From Ktedonobacterales bacterium (GTDB lineage Bacteria > Chloroflexota > Ktedonobacteria > Ktedonobacterales > DATBGS01): a stretch of DNA of 64,000 nucleotides. The position numbers were made by a program, and so were the translations under genes. Positions 54,742 to 63,275 of the stretch are shown here, piece after piece (position 1 is the stretch's first letter; the number at the start of each line of letters is the position of its first letter). The notes below the pieces were generated by a model. That model saw nothing but the letters and a program-made list of their open reading frames with translations. It had not been told where the DNA came from and ran no database searches. The stretch spans positions 17,657 through 81,656 of the forward strand of contig DATBHW010000007.1 of assembly GCA_036557285.1 (NCBI GenBank), written 5' to 3'.

Positions 54742-55380
54742 ATGATGTCCAGCAAGGGCAGGAACGCCTGCCTCCTCTTGATCTGTCTGGTGTCCAGCGC
54801 CCTGCTTGCGGGGTGCAGCAGCGCCAGCCCCGTTGCAAGCGCGCCTGCTGCAACACTAACACTCGTCCGCACCCTGACACCAACCCATACGCCGACTCCC
54901 ACGCCGACCCTGCCGCCACCGCCGCCCCAACCGACGCCGATCCCACCGCAGGGCTGGGCCACGCACACAAGCGCCCGGTATCACTACACGATTCAATATC
55001 CCGCCAATTGGATCGCATCAGGGGACTTCGATGTCTGGAACTGGAACCCGCAGCAGCGCCCGGACCTGATGGCCGTCAACGCGCCGCTGCTGAAAATCGA
55101 GGTGCTGCCCCTCTCGAACCCGTCGCAGCTTTCACCCTTGCAGTATTACACCCAGGACCAACAACACACGACAGGCCCGGCCTGCTCCGACCCCGCCACG
55201 CGCGCAACCACGGTAGGAGGCCGCGACGCGCTAGAAGCCATCTGCCCATCACAGAACAAAGACGGCTATTGGGTTTCGGACGGCCCTGACATCCTCTACA
55301 TCTTTCAGATCAACGCGGTGAAGGGACAGCCTTCATCCGTCTTTACGCAGATGATAGCCAGCTTCACCTTCACCAGTTGA
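54742..55380 (+). CDS. Secreted lipoprotein of unknown function with a Thr/Pro-rich linker
   Basis: Signal peptide with lipobox 'SALLAGCSS', then 'TPTHTPTPTPTLPPPPPQPTPIPP'. AAAGGAG RBS before the ATG at 54742. Confidence 0.7.
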   Translation: MMSSKGRNACLLLICLVSSALLAGCSSASPVASAPAATLTLVRTLTPTHTPTPTPTLPPPPPQPTPIPPQGWATHTSARYHYTIQYPANWIASGDFDVWNWNPQQRPDLMAVNAPLLKIEVLPLSNPSQLSPLQYYTQDQQHTTGPACSDPATRATTVGGRDALEAICPSQNKDGYWVSDGPDILYIFQINAVKGQPSSVFTQMIASFTFTS

Positions 55381-55434
55381 GCGTCGTGTAGCGCCCTCTC
55401 CTCGCTCCAGCCTGCGACGCTTCGCAGAGCCAGG

Positions 55435-55821
55435 TCAACCAGCGCCAGCCTGCTCCTCTTCCAGCAGGCTGCGCAAGACCTGAGCGTTGCAATGTTCAGC
55501 GTCTTTCGCCGCAAAGAGCAGCGTCAATGGGCCGCGCCGCACCCGCTCGCGCAGCTTCTCCAGCGCCGCCTGACGCTCAGCATCCGCCAGTTCGCGGCGG
55601 TAGCGCGCCTGAAACGCTTCCCAGCGCGCCGGATCATGCCCAAACCAGCGGCGCAGATCGTCGCTGGGGGCAATATCACGCAGCCATTCATCCAACCGGG
55701 CGTCTTCGCGTTTCAGCCCGCGCGGCCAGAGGCGATCTATCAGCACTCTCTGCCCGTCTTCTACGGCTGGCGGATCATAGACACGCTTGATCTTGACCTG
55801 TACGTTACCAACTTGACTCAT
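55435..55821 (-). CDS. DUF488 family protein
   Basis: 'IKRVYDPP...RVLIDRLWPRGLKRED...WLRDIAPSDDLRRWFGHDPARW..F..RY'. GAGGAGGG RBS before the ATG at 55821. The longer ORF runs into repeat B2. Confidence 0.8.
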   Translation of the reverse strand: MSQVGNVQVKIKRVYDPPAVEDGQRVLIDRLWPRGLKREDARLDEWLRDIAPSDDLRRWFGHDPARWEAFQARYRRELADAERQAALEKLRERVRRGPLTLLFAAKDAEHCNAQVLRSLLEEEQAGAG

Positions 55822-55911
55822 CGCTTCTGCCCTCCTCACCAGGGGATACGCTCGCATATCGCACGCCATCAGTTCTAGCAAAAATGAGGTGTTGGCAAGC
55901 GAGGCATGGTA

Positions 55912-56152
55912 CTTGTAGCGCCGCCTTCCAGGCGGCCAACGCTGCGCCAGGGCGAGCGTTCGCCCTCCGAGCCAACGCACCAGCAGGCCAGCGTTGAGCC
56001 GCCAGGAGGGACGCGCGAGCGAGGCGCAGCCGAGCGAGAATGGCCGCGCCCCAGTTCCCGCAAGGGCCGCTCCCCGTAGGGGGAGGCAAGCGGCCCTTCC
56101 CGAAGGGGGGCGGCGCTACAAATGGCAACCCCCGATAGGTGGTGAAACTCAC
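55912..56152. repeat. REP-like mosaic element, family B, copy 2 (58-bp module inverted relative to copy 1)
   Basis: Head CTTGTAGCGCCGCCTTCCAGGCGGC at 55912, inverted head GGCGGCGCTACA at 56109, tail GGCAACCCCCGATAGGTGGTGAAAC. Confidence 0.85.
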
Positions 56153-56230
56153 GCCATCCAGAGCCTTGACTCTCAAGAGAAGCCATGCTATAATTGTAAT
56201 ACTTCCACATAGTAGATAGTATTCCAATAT

Positions 56231-57094
56231 ATGGAACACCTGAGTAGGCAAGGCGCTATGGACGACCCCAATACACGCGAAACCAAAGTCGGCGTGTTGG
56301 ATAAGGCGGTGGCGATCCTGCTGGCCTTCCCACGCGGAGACCTTACGCTCTCCCCGCTTGAGATCGCCGCGCGCACAGCTCTGCCGCTGCCAACCGTCTA
56401 TCGGCTGGCTCAGGCGCTCTGCGATCATGGGCTGCTCATGAAAGACGGACAGCGTTTTTGCCTGGGCATGACTCTTGCGCGCCTGGGCATGCTGGCTCTT
56501 GAAGGGAGCGATGTGCGTCGCCAGGCGCTGCGCCATCTGAAGTGGCTGAATGAGCAGACCGGAGAAAATGCCGAACTCCATCTGCGCCACGAAGACACGC
56601 GGCTCGTCATCGAGGTCGTGAGCAGCCCTCATAATCTGCGGCCCTTTGCAGAGGTAGGAACGCCCCTGCCCTTGCATCGGGGGGCCGCCGGAAAAGTGCT
56701 GCTCGCCTGGCTTTCCCCGCCAGAGCGCGACGCCCTGGCGGCAGCAAGCGCGGCCCGGTTTGGAAACACCCGGCCCTTTGATCTCCAGCAATTCGCCGCC
56801 GAATTGGAACGGGTGCGCAGCGCCGGATGGGCAACGAGCGAGGGCGAGCGCATCGCGGGTGTCGCGGCGATTGCGGCCCCGATCTTCGCTGCCGATGGTC
56901 AGGCAGCGGGGGCAGTGGCGTTGGTAGCGCCGTCCGCGCGCCTGGAAGAAGCCCAGCGCGCGCGCTACACCCCATTCGTCTGCGAAACAGCCAGGCGTAC
57001 CTCGTATGATCTGGGGTTTGCCGGGCGAGAGCAGCAGTTACCACGCTCTGATGAGCATGCTGAAGAGAGAGGGGAAAACGATGACTCAGGTTGA
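56231..57094 (+). CDS. IclR-family transcriptional regulator
   Basis: HTH 'LSPLEIAARTALPLPTVYRLAQAL' plus the IclR effector domain ('LHRGAAGKVLLAWL', 'GWATSEGERIAGVAAIAAPI'). An alternative ATG lies at 56258. Confidence 0.85.
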   Translation: MEHLSRQGAMDDPNTRETKVGVLDKAVAILLAFPRGDLTLSPLEIAARTALPLPTVYRLAQALCDHGLLMKDGQRFCLGMTLARLGMLALEGSDVRRQALRHLKWLNEQTGENAELHLRHEDTRLVIEVVSSPHNLRPFAEVGTPLPLHRGAAGKVLLAWLSPPERDALAAASAARFGNTRPFDLQQFAAELERVRSAGWATSEGERIAGVAAIAAPIFAADGQAAGAVALVAPSARLEEAQRARYTPFVCETARRTSYDLGFAGREQQLPRSDEHAEERGENDDSG

Positions 57095-58454
57095 GCAGCT
57101 TGCCGCCTTCGTGGCGCGGGCAACTTATGAAGACCTGTCGGAAGCGGCCCGCCGACAACTCAAGATTCGCGTCCTGGACGCACTGGGCTGCGCGCTTGGG
57201 GCGCTCGATGGCCCGCCAATTCAGCGGCTGCGCAGGCAGGTCGCGCTCTTTGGGGGCGCTCCGCTTGCCACCTTGATCGGCGGCGGCAAGACAGCGCCTG
57301 ATCGGGCCGCTTTCTTGAATGCTGCCCTGGTGCGCTACCTCGACTACAACGACAGCTATCTTGCCAGGGGGGAAACGTGCCATCCCAGCGACAACCTGGG
57401 CGGGGTGCTGGCGGCAAGTGAGTATGCGGGAAACACAGGCAAGGAGTTTCTGACCGCGCTGGCAGTGGCGTATCAGGTGCAATGCACGCTTTCCGAGGTG
57501 GCGCCGGTGCGCACCAGGGGATTCGATCACACCACGCAGGGGGCTTATGCCGCCGCTGCTGGCGTAGCAAAAGCCCTGGGTCTCGACCAGCAGCAGATCG
57601 CTCACGCGGTTGCCATCAGTGGCACAGCCTACAACGCGCTGCGCGTCACCCGTACCGGCAGGCTCTCCAACTGGAAGGGGCTGGCCTACCCCAATACCGT
57701 CCTTGGGGCCACGCACGCGGCCTTCTTGGCGATGCAGGGGATTACCGGCCCGCTGGAGGTCTTCGAGGGCAACAAGGGTTTCATAGACGCTATCGCCGGA
57801 CCATTTACCGTTGATTGGCAGCGCGAAGGCTTGGAGCGCGTCACCCACACGATCCTCAAGCAATACAACGCCGAAATCCATTCGCAATCTGCGCTGGAGG
57901 GCATCCTGACTCTCGCAGCGTCCCAGCAGATGCGCCCCGAAGAGATCGAGCGCATCGAGATTGCTATTTTCGATGTCGCCTACCACATCATCGGCGGAGG
58001 CGAGGAAGGCGATAAGCAGCAGGTTCGCACCAAAGAAGAAGCCGACCACAGCCTTCCATATATGGTTGCGGCTGCGCTGCTGGATGGAGAGGTGACACCG
58101 AAGCAGTACACGCCGGAGCGGATTCTGCGTGGCGATGTTCAGGCGTTGCTGCGCAGGGTAATCGTCCGGCCCGACGAGGCATTGAGCAGGCGTTTTCCCC
58201 AGGAGATGCCGTGTCGCATTCGCGTCTTCCTCAAGGATGGGCAGACGCCGAGCATCGAGCAGCGCGACTACGAGGGGTTTTATACACGCCCGATGTCCTG
58301 GGAGAAAGCGGCTATGAAGTTCGCGCGCCTGGCAGCCCCTTTTGCCGACGAGCGATTACAACAATCCATTGTAGAGACGGTCAGCCATCTGGAAACCGTA
58401 CCTGTAGGACAGTTGACGACGCTTTTAGCGAAAGCGAGGAACAAGCATGAGTGA
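57081..58454 (+). CDS. MmgE/PrpD-family protein (2-methylcitrate dehydratase superfamily)
   Basis: 'LAAFVARATYEDLSEAARRQLKIRVLDALGCALGA', 'HPSDNLGGVLAA', and the 'LRVTR' region. Overlaps the iclR-like stop by 14 nt. Confidence 0.85.
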   Translation: MTQVEQLAAFVARATYEDLSEAARRQLKIRVLDALGCALGALDGPPIQRLRRQVALFGGAPLATLIGGGKTAPDRAAFLNAALVRYLDYNDSYLARGETCHPSDNLGGVLAASEYAGNTGKEFLTALAVAYQVQCTLSEVAPVRTRGFDHTTQGAYAAAAGVAKALGLDQQQIAHAVAISGTAYNALRVTRTGRLSNWKGLAYPNTVLGATHAAFLAMQGITGPLEVFEGNKGFIDAIAGPFTVDWQREGLERVTHTILKQYNAEIHSQSALEGILTLAASQQMRPEEIERIEIAIFDVAYHIIGGGEEGDKQQVRTKEEADHSLPYMVAAALLDGEVTPKQYTPERILRGDVQALLRRVIVRPDEALSRRFPQEMPCRIRVFLKDGQTPSIEQRDYEGFYTRPMSWEKAAMKFARLAAPFADERLQQSIVETVSHLETVPVGQLTTLLAKARNKHE

Positions 58455-59268
58455 TCGTGGTTTTTCATTCATCCAGATGAACCAGCGCGAGGCAAAGCCC
58501 CGTAGTCGCGGCGTGACAGAGATTCGCGGCCCCTACTACACGCCGATGGGGAAACGCTACCTGGAGGACGTGTTGGAAACGATGGGGGCTTACGTGGATT
58601 CGTTGAAGTTCGCGGGTGGCTCTTTCACGCTGATGCCGCCCAACGCCCTGAAGGAGATTATCGAGGTGGCGCATCGCCACGATGTTCTGGTATCTACAGG
58701 TGGGTTTATCGAGCATGTACTCACCCAGGGGCGCGAAGCCGTCCACCGCTATATCGAGGAGTGCCGCAAGGTGGGATTTGATATTGTAGAAATCTCCAGC
58801 GGATTTATTACGATCCCGGTTGACGACTGGCTGCGGCTGGTGGAGCAAGTCCAGCAGGCAGGGCTGAAGGCCAAGCCGGAGGTCGGCATCCAGTTTGGCG
58901 CGGGGGGCGCCAGCGCCGCTGAAGAACTTGAGGCCGAAGGTACCCGCGATGTCGAATGGGCCATCGGCCAGGCCAGGCGTTTTCTGGAGGCCGGGGCTTA
59001 CATGATTATGATCGAGTCCGAGGGGATTACCGAAAATGTAAAAACCTGGCGCACCGACGCAGCCGCTAAAATCATCGGCGCGCTGGGGCTGGAGAAAGTG
59101 ATGTTTGAGGCAGCAGACCCGGAGGTGTTTGCCTGGTATATCAAGAACTATGGCCCGGAGGTCAATCTCTTCGTTGACCACAGCCAGATCGTCCAGCTTG
59201 AGTGTTTGCGCTCAGGCATCTGGGGGACGAAGAGTTTGTGGGGGCGGGTCTTGACCTACAAAGGATAA
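58447..59268 (+). CDS. ComA-family protein ((2R)-phospho-3-sulfolactate synthase-like)
   Basis: 'KPRSRGVTEIRGP', 'GAYVDSLKFAGGSFTLMP', 'VSTGGFIEHV', 'GFDIVEISSGFITIP' and 'KPEVGIQFG' match the ComA family pattern. 8-nt overlap with the prpD-like gene. Confidence 0.7.
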   Translation: MSDRGFSFIQMNQREAKPRSRGVTEIRGPYYTPMGKRYLEDVLETMGAYVDSLKFAGGSFTLMPPNALKEIIEVAHRHDVLVSTGGFIEHVLTQGREAVHRYIEECRKVGFDIVEISSGFITIPVDDWLRLVEQVQQAGLKAKPEVGIQFGAGGASAAEELEAEGTRDVEWAIGQARRFLEAGAYMIMIESEGITENVKTWRTDAAAKIIGALGLEKVMFEAADPEVFAWYIKNYGPEVNLFVDHSQIVQLECLRSGIWGTKSLWGRVLTYKG

Positions 59269-59273
59269 TTATA

Positions 59274-59363
59274 CTTGTAGCGCCGCCTTCCAGGCGGCTC
59301 GTCGTCTGGCCGCCTGGAAGGCGGCGCTACAGGCGCCCGCCGGTTTTTGGTGGAACCAAAAAG
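59274..59363. repeat. REP-like element, family B, copy 3: REPIN-type perfect 23-bp hairpin plus tail
   Basis: TGTAGCGCCGCCTTCCAGGCGGC-tcgtcgtctg-GCCGCCTGGAAGGCGGCGCTACA, then GGTTTTTGGTGGAACCAAAAAG. It lies 6 nt after the comA-like stop. Confidence 0.9.
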
Positions 59364-59425
59364 TCCTCTTTGCTTGACTGAGCCAGTGCTTATCTCTATC
59401 ATGCTCAGGGATCGTCTTAAGAGCG

Positions 59426-59514
59426 CCTCACACAACCTCCGCACGAGCAGGGGCGGGGTTGGAGCGCCGTCCTTCCAGGCGGCAGGGGTGGGGCCACCCG
59501 TCGGTTGTGTGAGG
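59426..59514 (+). repeat. 89-bp palindromic intergenic element, family A, copy 3
   Basis: CCTCACACAACC...GGTTGTGTGAGG; the inner unit begins GGAG. It lies 25 nt before the TPR gene start. Confidence 0.9.
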
Positions 59515-59539
59515 CATTCTAAGCACTGAGGAACGCTCC

Positions 59540-61018
59540 ATGAAGAACCTGCTCAAGCTCTTGAAAACCCCCGCCTGGCAGGAGCGGCTGGCAATGACTG
59601 ATGTCTGGGCGACGCGCTTCACGCTCATCGCCCTCGTGCTGCTGGCGTTTGGCAGCGCGGCCCAGGCTCCAACCGAAGAAACCATCTTGCAGGCCGGTCT
59701 GGCCGCGCAGGGTCAGCAAGAATACTGGCGCGCCGAATCATTCTTTCAGCAGGCCGCGCTCATTGCGCCGGATGATTTCCAACCATTGTTGGACCTCGCT
59801 CGCCTGCATCTGCTGGAGCATCGGGACGCTCTGGTCCAGAGCGAACTGGAGACCGCGCGCACCCTGGCAAATGACAACGCCGACATCTGGCTCACGTTGG
59901 GCGATGTCGCCCAGGATCAGGGACACTTGCAAGACGCCGAACATGCCTGGCTTCAGGCCGCCCGTCTGAACCCGGTGGCGGCCCAGGTGCGGGCGCGCCA
60001 GCGGCTGGGGCTGTTCTACGAGCAGCAGGGCCGCTGGCAGGATGCCGAAACGCAATTTGCCGCCCTGCCGGGCAGCGATGCGCTGGCGCAGTATCACCTG
60101 GGCGTGCTGCGCCTGGCGCGAGGCGACCGGGCTGGCGCGCGCCAGGCGTTCGAGGCTGCCCTGGAGCAGACCGACGACGGGGCTTGGCGCGATGCAGCGC
60201 AGCAATTTCTGCAAGTGATCGATCAATGGAACGGCAGCGCCGCGAGCGAGAAGCTGGTCGGGTTCGCCTACATCAAAAACAACTTTCCAGGGCTGGCGAC
60301 AGCGCCGCTTAAGCAAGCCGTCGCGCTCGCCCCAAAGGATGCCGCCGCGCACGCCTATCTTGGCTGGACCTATCTTCAGGCCGGATCGTCAGGCCAGGCG
60401 CGACAAGAAGAAAACCGGGCAGTGGCGCTGGACCCAGGCAACAGCTTTGCCAGCTATACCCTCAGCCTGCTGGACCTCGCGGATGGGCGCTATAGCAGCG
60501 CCATTCACGATCTTGAGCAGGGACTCAGCGCCGACCCGCGAAATCCTGCCCTATGGGCCACACGCGGCGCTATCGCTGAACAACTCAGGGATCTGCCTGG
60601 AGCCGAGCTTGCTCTGCGCCAGGCCGCCGCTAACGCCGGAGGCGACCCACGCTTCAGCCTGCTGCTGGCAAATTTCTATGTCAACCACCAGATCGGGTTA
60701 GATCAGGGAACGGCGCTGGCCGCAGCCCGACTAGCCATCGTGCTTGACCCCACCAACGGGCTGGCTTATGATACCCTGGGGCGCATCCAGCAAGCCGTGC
60801 GCGCCTACCCCGATGCTATGAGCGCCTTTATACAGGCGGCCAATCTTGCCCCCACAAACGCAGCGCTACACATGCATCTGGGCACTGTGCAGGCAACCCT
60901 GGGATACCTTCGCTCTGCTGAACTGAATCTGCGCAAAGCCATTGTGCTGGACTTTAACGGACCCGTTGGTCGCCAGGCGCAGCAGGCGCTGCAAGCGTTG
61001 TCGCCTTTGGGTATCTAA
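59540..61018 (+). CDS. TPR-repeat protein with N-terminal signal/anchor helix
   Basis: Hydrophobic N-terminus 'FTLIALVLLAFGSAAQA', then more than 8 TPR-like units (e.g. 'AHAYLGWTYLQAGSSGQARQEENRAVALDPGN'). GAGGAA RBS. Confidence 0.8.
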   Translation: MKNLLKLLKTPAWQERLAMTDVWATRFTLIALVLLAFGSAAQAPTEETILQAGLAAQGQQEYWRAESFFQQAALIAPDDFQPLLDLARLHLLEHRDALVQSELETARTLANDNADIWLTLGDVAQDQGHLQDAEHAWLQAARLNPVAAQVRARQRLGLFYEQQGRWQDAETQFAALPGSDALAQYHLGVLRLARGDRAGARQAFEAALEQTDDGAWRDAAQQFLQVIDQWNGSAASEKLVGFAYIKNNFPGLATAPLKQAVALAPKDAAAHAYLGWTYLQAGSSGQARQEENRAVALDPGNSFASYTLSLLDLADGRYSSAIHDLEQGLSADPRNPALWATRGAIAEQLRDLPGAELALRQAAANAGGDPRFSLLLANFYVNHQIGLDQGTALAAARLAIVLDPTNGLAYDTLGRIQQAVRAYPDAMSAFIQAANLAPTNAALHMHLGTVQATLGYLRSAELNLRKAIVLDFNGPVGRQAQQALQALSPLGI

Positions 61019-61094
61019 CAGACGGGCATACTGGTCCCTGTCTGTTTGGACAAAGCTATGCTATAATGGCGCCGAGATTCAGGGGGGTACTTCC

Positions 61095-63257
61095 ATGAGT
61101 GACGATATGCCCGAAGACGAGCAACCAAATCCTACTGCCTACCTTCAGAAGGGCGAGGCGACAACGCTGGCCCCAGGCACCATCATCCAGGAACGCTATG
61201 AGATTAATCGCGTCATTGGCATTGGCGGCATGGGCGCGGTCTATCGAGTGCGCGATCTGCGCTTCAAGGATGCCGTCAAATGGGACGCCCTCAAAGAGAT
61301 GATCATCAAATTTGCTGATAATCTCGACCAGCAAACACGCATGCGCAACTTTGAGCGCGAGGCGAACCTGCTGGCCTCGCTGAATCATCCCCTCATTCCC
61401 AAAGTCAATGACTTTTTCGCCGAATCCAATCGCGCCTATCTGGTGCTGGATTATATCCAGGGGAAAAACCTGGAAGATGTCCTCATGGAAACCAACGGCT
61501 TTCTCGACGAGCAGCTAGTGGCAGGCTGGGCCATTCAGATTTGCGAAGTGCTGACCTATCTGCATAACTTCCGACCACTCCCGGTAATCTTCCGCGACCT
61601 CAAGCCGTCCAACGTGATGCTTACCCCCCAGAACCAGACCATGTTGATTGACTTCGGCATCGCCAAGATTATCCAACCAGAGCGGCGCGATACGATGATT
61701 GGGACCGAAGGGTACTCGCCGCCGGAGCAATATAAAGGGTTTGTAGACCCGCGCAGCGACATCTACGCCCTGGGGGCCATGCTCCACCAACTGCTCACCG
61801 CCAGCGACCCGCGCCTGGAGACGCCGTTTACCTTCCACGAACGGCCACCCCGTCTGCTGAATCCGAACGTCTCTCAAGAGATGGAAGCGATCATTATGAA
61901 GTGCCTGGCCTACCAGAGCGATCAACGCTGGCAATCGGCCTACGAACTCAAGGAAGCCATTCAGCAGGCGCTCCATCTCATCTCACTGACCGGCACCGGG
62001 CAACTCCTGCGGATACCCAGCGCGCCCCTGCAACCACCCGGCAGCCCACCCCTGAATGGGAACGGCCATCACACTGATATGCCCAGTAATACTTCAGGAA
62101 TGATGCCGAATGTTTCTGGCGTTTTCCGAACCGGTGGCGGGCCACAATTCTCTCCTGCCGGGGAAAAGCAGGCCAGGCCCGTCGCAGAGAATAGCGGCGC
62201 TGTGATGGGAGTCACATTCCCGCCTGTCATAGAACGGCCTGGCACTGGCAGGGCGCAGGGCGCCTTCGGCCAGGCGAGCGCGCCAGCGCCCAGCCCCACA
62301 CTGCTGTGGAGTTTCAAGACCGAGGAAGAGGTGCGTTCGTCGCCCGCGCTGGCGCATAACACCATTTATATCGGCTCCTACGACTATAACCTGTACGCGC
62401 TGGACGCCGGAACGGGCGCGTTCAAGTGGAAGTTCCCCACCGAAGCGGGTATCTGCGTCACACCGGCCTGCGTGGGCGATCTAGTCATTGTTGGCTCAGA
62501 AGATCATGAGATCTACGCTATCAACGGCGCGACCACCAAAGAGGCCTGGAGGTATCGCACCTGGAACCATGTGCGCTCCTCGCCGCGTGTCGTTCAGGAT
62601 ATGGTCGTGGTTGGCTCCGATGATGGGTTTGTACACGCGCTGGATTTGCGCACAGGCCGCCAGCTCTGGAAGTTCAAAACCTGGCGGGAGGTGCGCTCGT
62701 CGGCGGCTCATCATCAGGGCATACTCTATATTGGCTCCGATGATGAGCATGTCTATGCTATTGAAGCCGCAACAGGGCGAGAGAAGTGGAACTTCGCCAC
62801 CCAATACGCCGTCGTCTCCTCCCCCGTTATGGGCGATGGCATGCTCTACGTGGGGTCTATGGATGGAGTCCTCTACAGCATAGATACGGCCCTGGGATGG
62901 ACGACCTGGAAGCATCGCACTGGCGATTTTATCATTGCTGCGCCCACGCTGAGCGAAGGGCGGGTCTATATCGGATCGGTGGACCGCTCCTTCTACTGCG
63001 TTGACGCCAGAACCGGGCGGCAGATTTGGAAATATCAAAGCGGCGGCCAGATCACCTCATCGGCAGCCATCGCCGCTGGCTACGTCTATTTTGGATGCAG
63101 CGATGGCGCTGTCTATTGTCTGGATGCGCGCAACGGCCAGGTGCGCTGGAAGTTCCAGACGGGCGGCCCTGTACCCTCGTCGCCGCTGGTGCGTGATGGC
63201 GTCCTCTATATCGGCAGCAACGACCACCATGTCTACGCCCTGCGCTGCGCCTTGTAA
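61095..63257 (+). CDS. Ser/Thr protein kinase fused to a PQQ-like beta-propeller
   Basis: Kinase motifs 'IGIGGMGAVYRV', 'ALKEM', 'IFRDLKPSNVML', 'IDFGIAK', 'GYSPPEQ'. After a Pro/Gly linker there are about 8 repeats of 'SSP.v..g.vYiGS.D..vYA.d..TG...W'. AGGGGGG RBS before the ATG at 61095. Confidence 0.9.
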   Translation: MSDDMPEDEQPNPTAYLQKGEATTLAPGTIIQERYEINRVIGIGGMGAVYRVRDLRFKDAVKWDALKEMIIKFADNLDQQTRMRNFEREANLLASLNHPLIPKVNDFFAESNRAYLVLDYIQGKNLEDVLMETNGFLDEQLVAGWAIQICEVLTYLHNFRPLPVIFRDLKPSNVMLTPQNQTMLIDFGIAKIIQPERRDTMIGTEGYSPPEQYKGFVDPRSDIYALGAMLHQLLTASDPRLETPFTFHERPPRLLNPNVSQEMEAIIMKCLAYQSDQRWQSAYELKEAIQQALHLISLTGTGQLLRIPSAPLQPPGSPPLNGNGHHTDMPSNTSGMMPNVSGVFRTGGGPQFSPAGEKQARPVAENSGAVMGVTFPPVIERPGTGRAQGAFGQASAPAPSPTLLWSFKTEEEVRSSPALAHNTIYIGSYDYNLYALDAGTGAFKWKFPTEAGICVTPACVGDLVIVGSEDHEIYAINGATTKEAWRYRTWNHVRSSPRVVQDMVVVGSDDGFVHALDLRTGRQLWKFKTWREVRSSAAHHQGILYIGSDDEHVYAIEAATGREKWNFATQYAVVSSPVMGDGMLYVGSMDGVLYSIDTALGWTTWKHRTGDFIIAAPTLSEGRVYIGSVDRSFYCVDARTGRQIWKYQSGGQITSSAAIAAGYVYFGCSDGAVYCLDARNGQVRWKFQTGGPVPSSPLVRDGVLYIGSNDHHVYALRCAL

Positions 63258-63275
63258 GGACATCGGAGCAAAGCT

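Noticed and set aside
55805-58049. Minus-strand ORFs of 328 aa (55805-56791) and 480 aa (56607-58049)
   Set aside because: They are antisense to the IclR and PrpD-family genes, and the first also reads through repeat B2. No motifs were found.
48853-59363. Possibility that the GTAGCGCCGCC-type repeats form a CRISPR array
   Set aside because: There is no regular repeat-spacer periodicity. Copies are dispersed over 10 kb, many are inverted pairs, and no cas genes are in the window.
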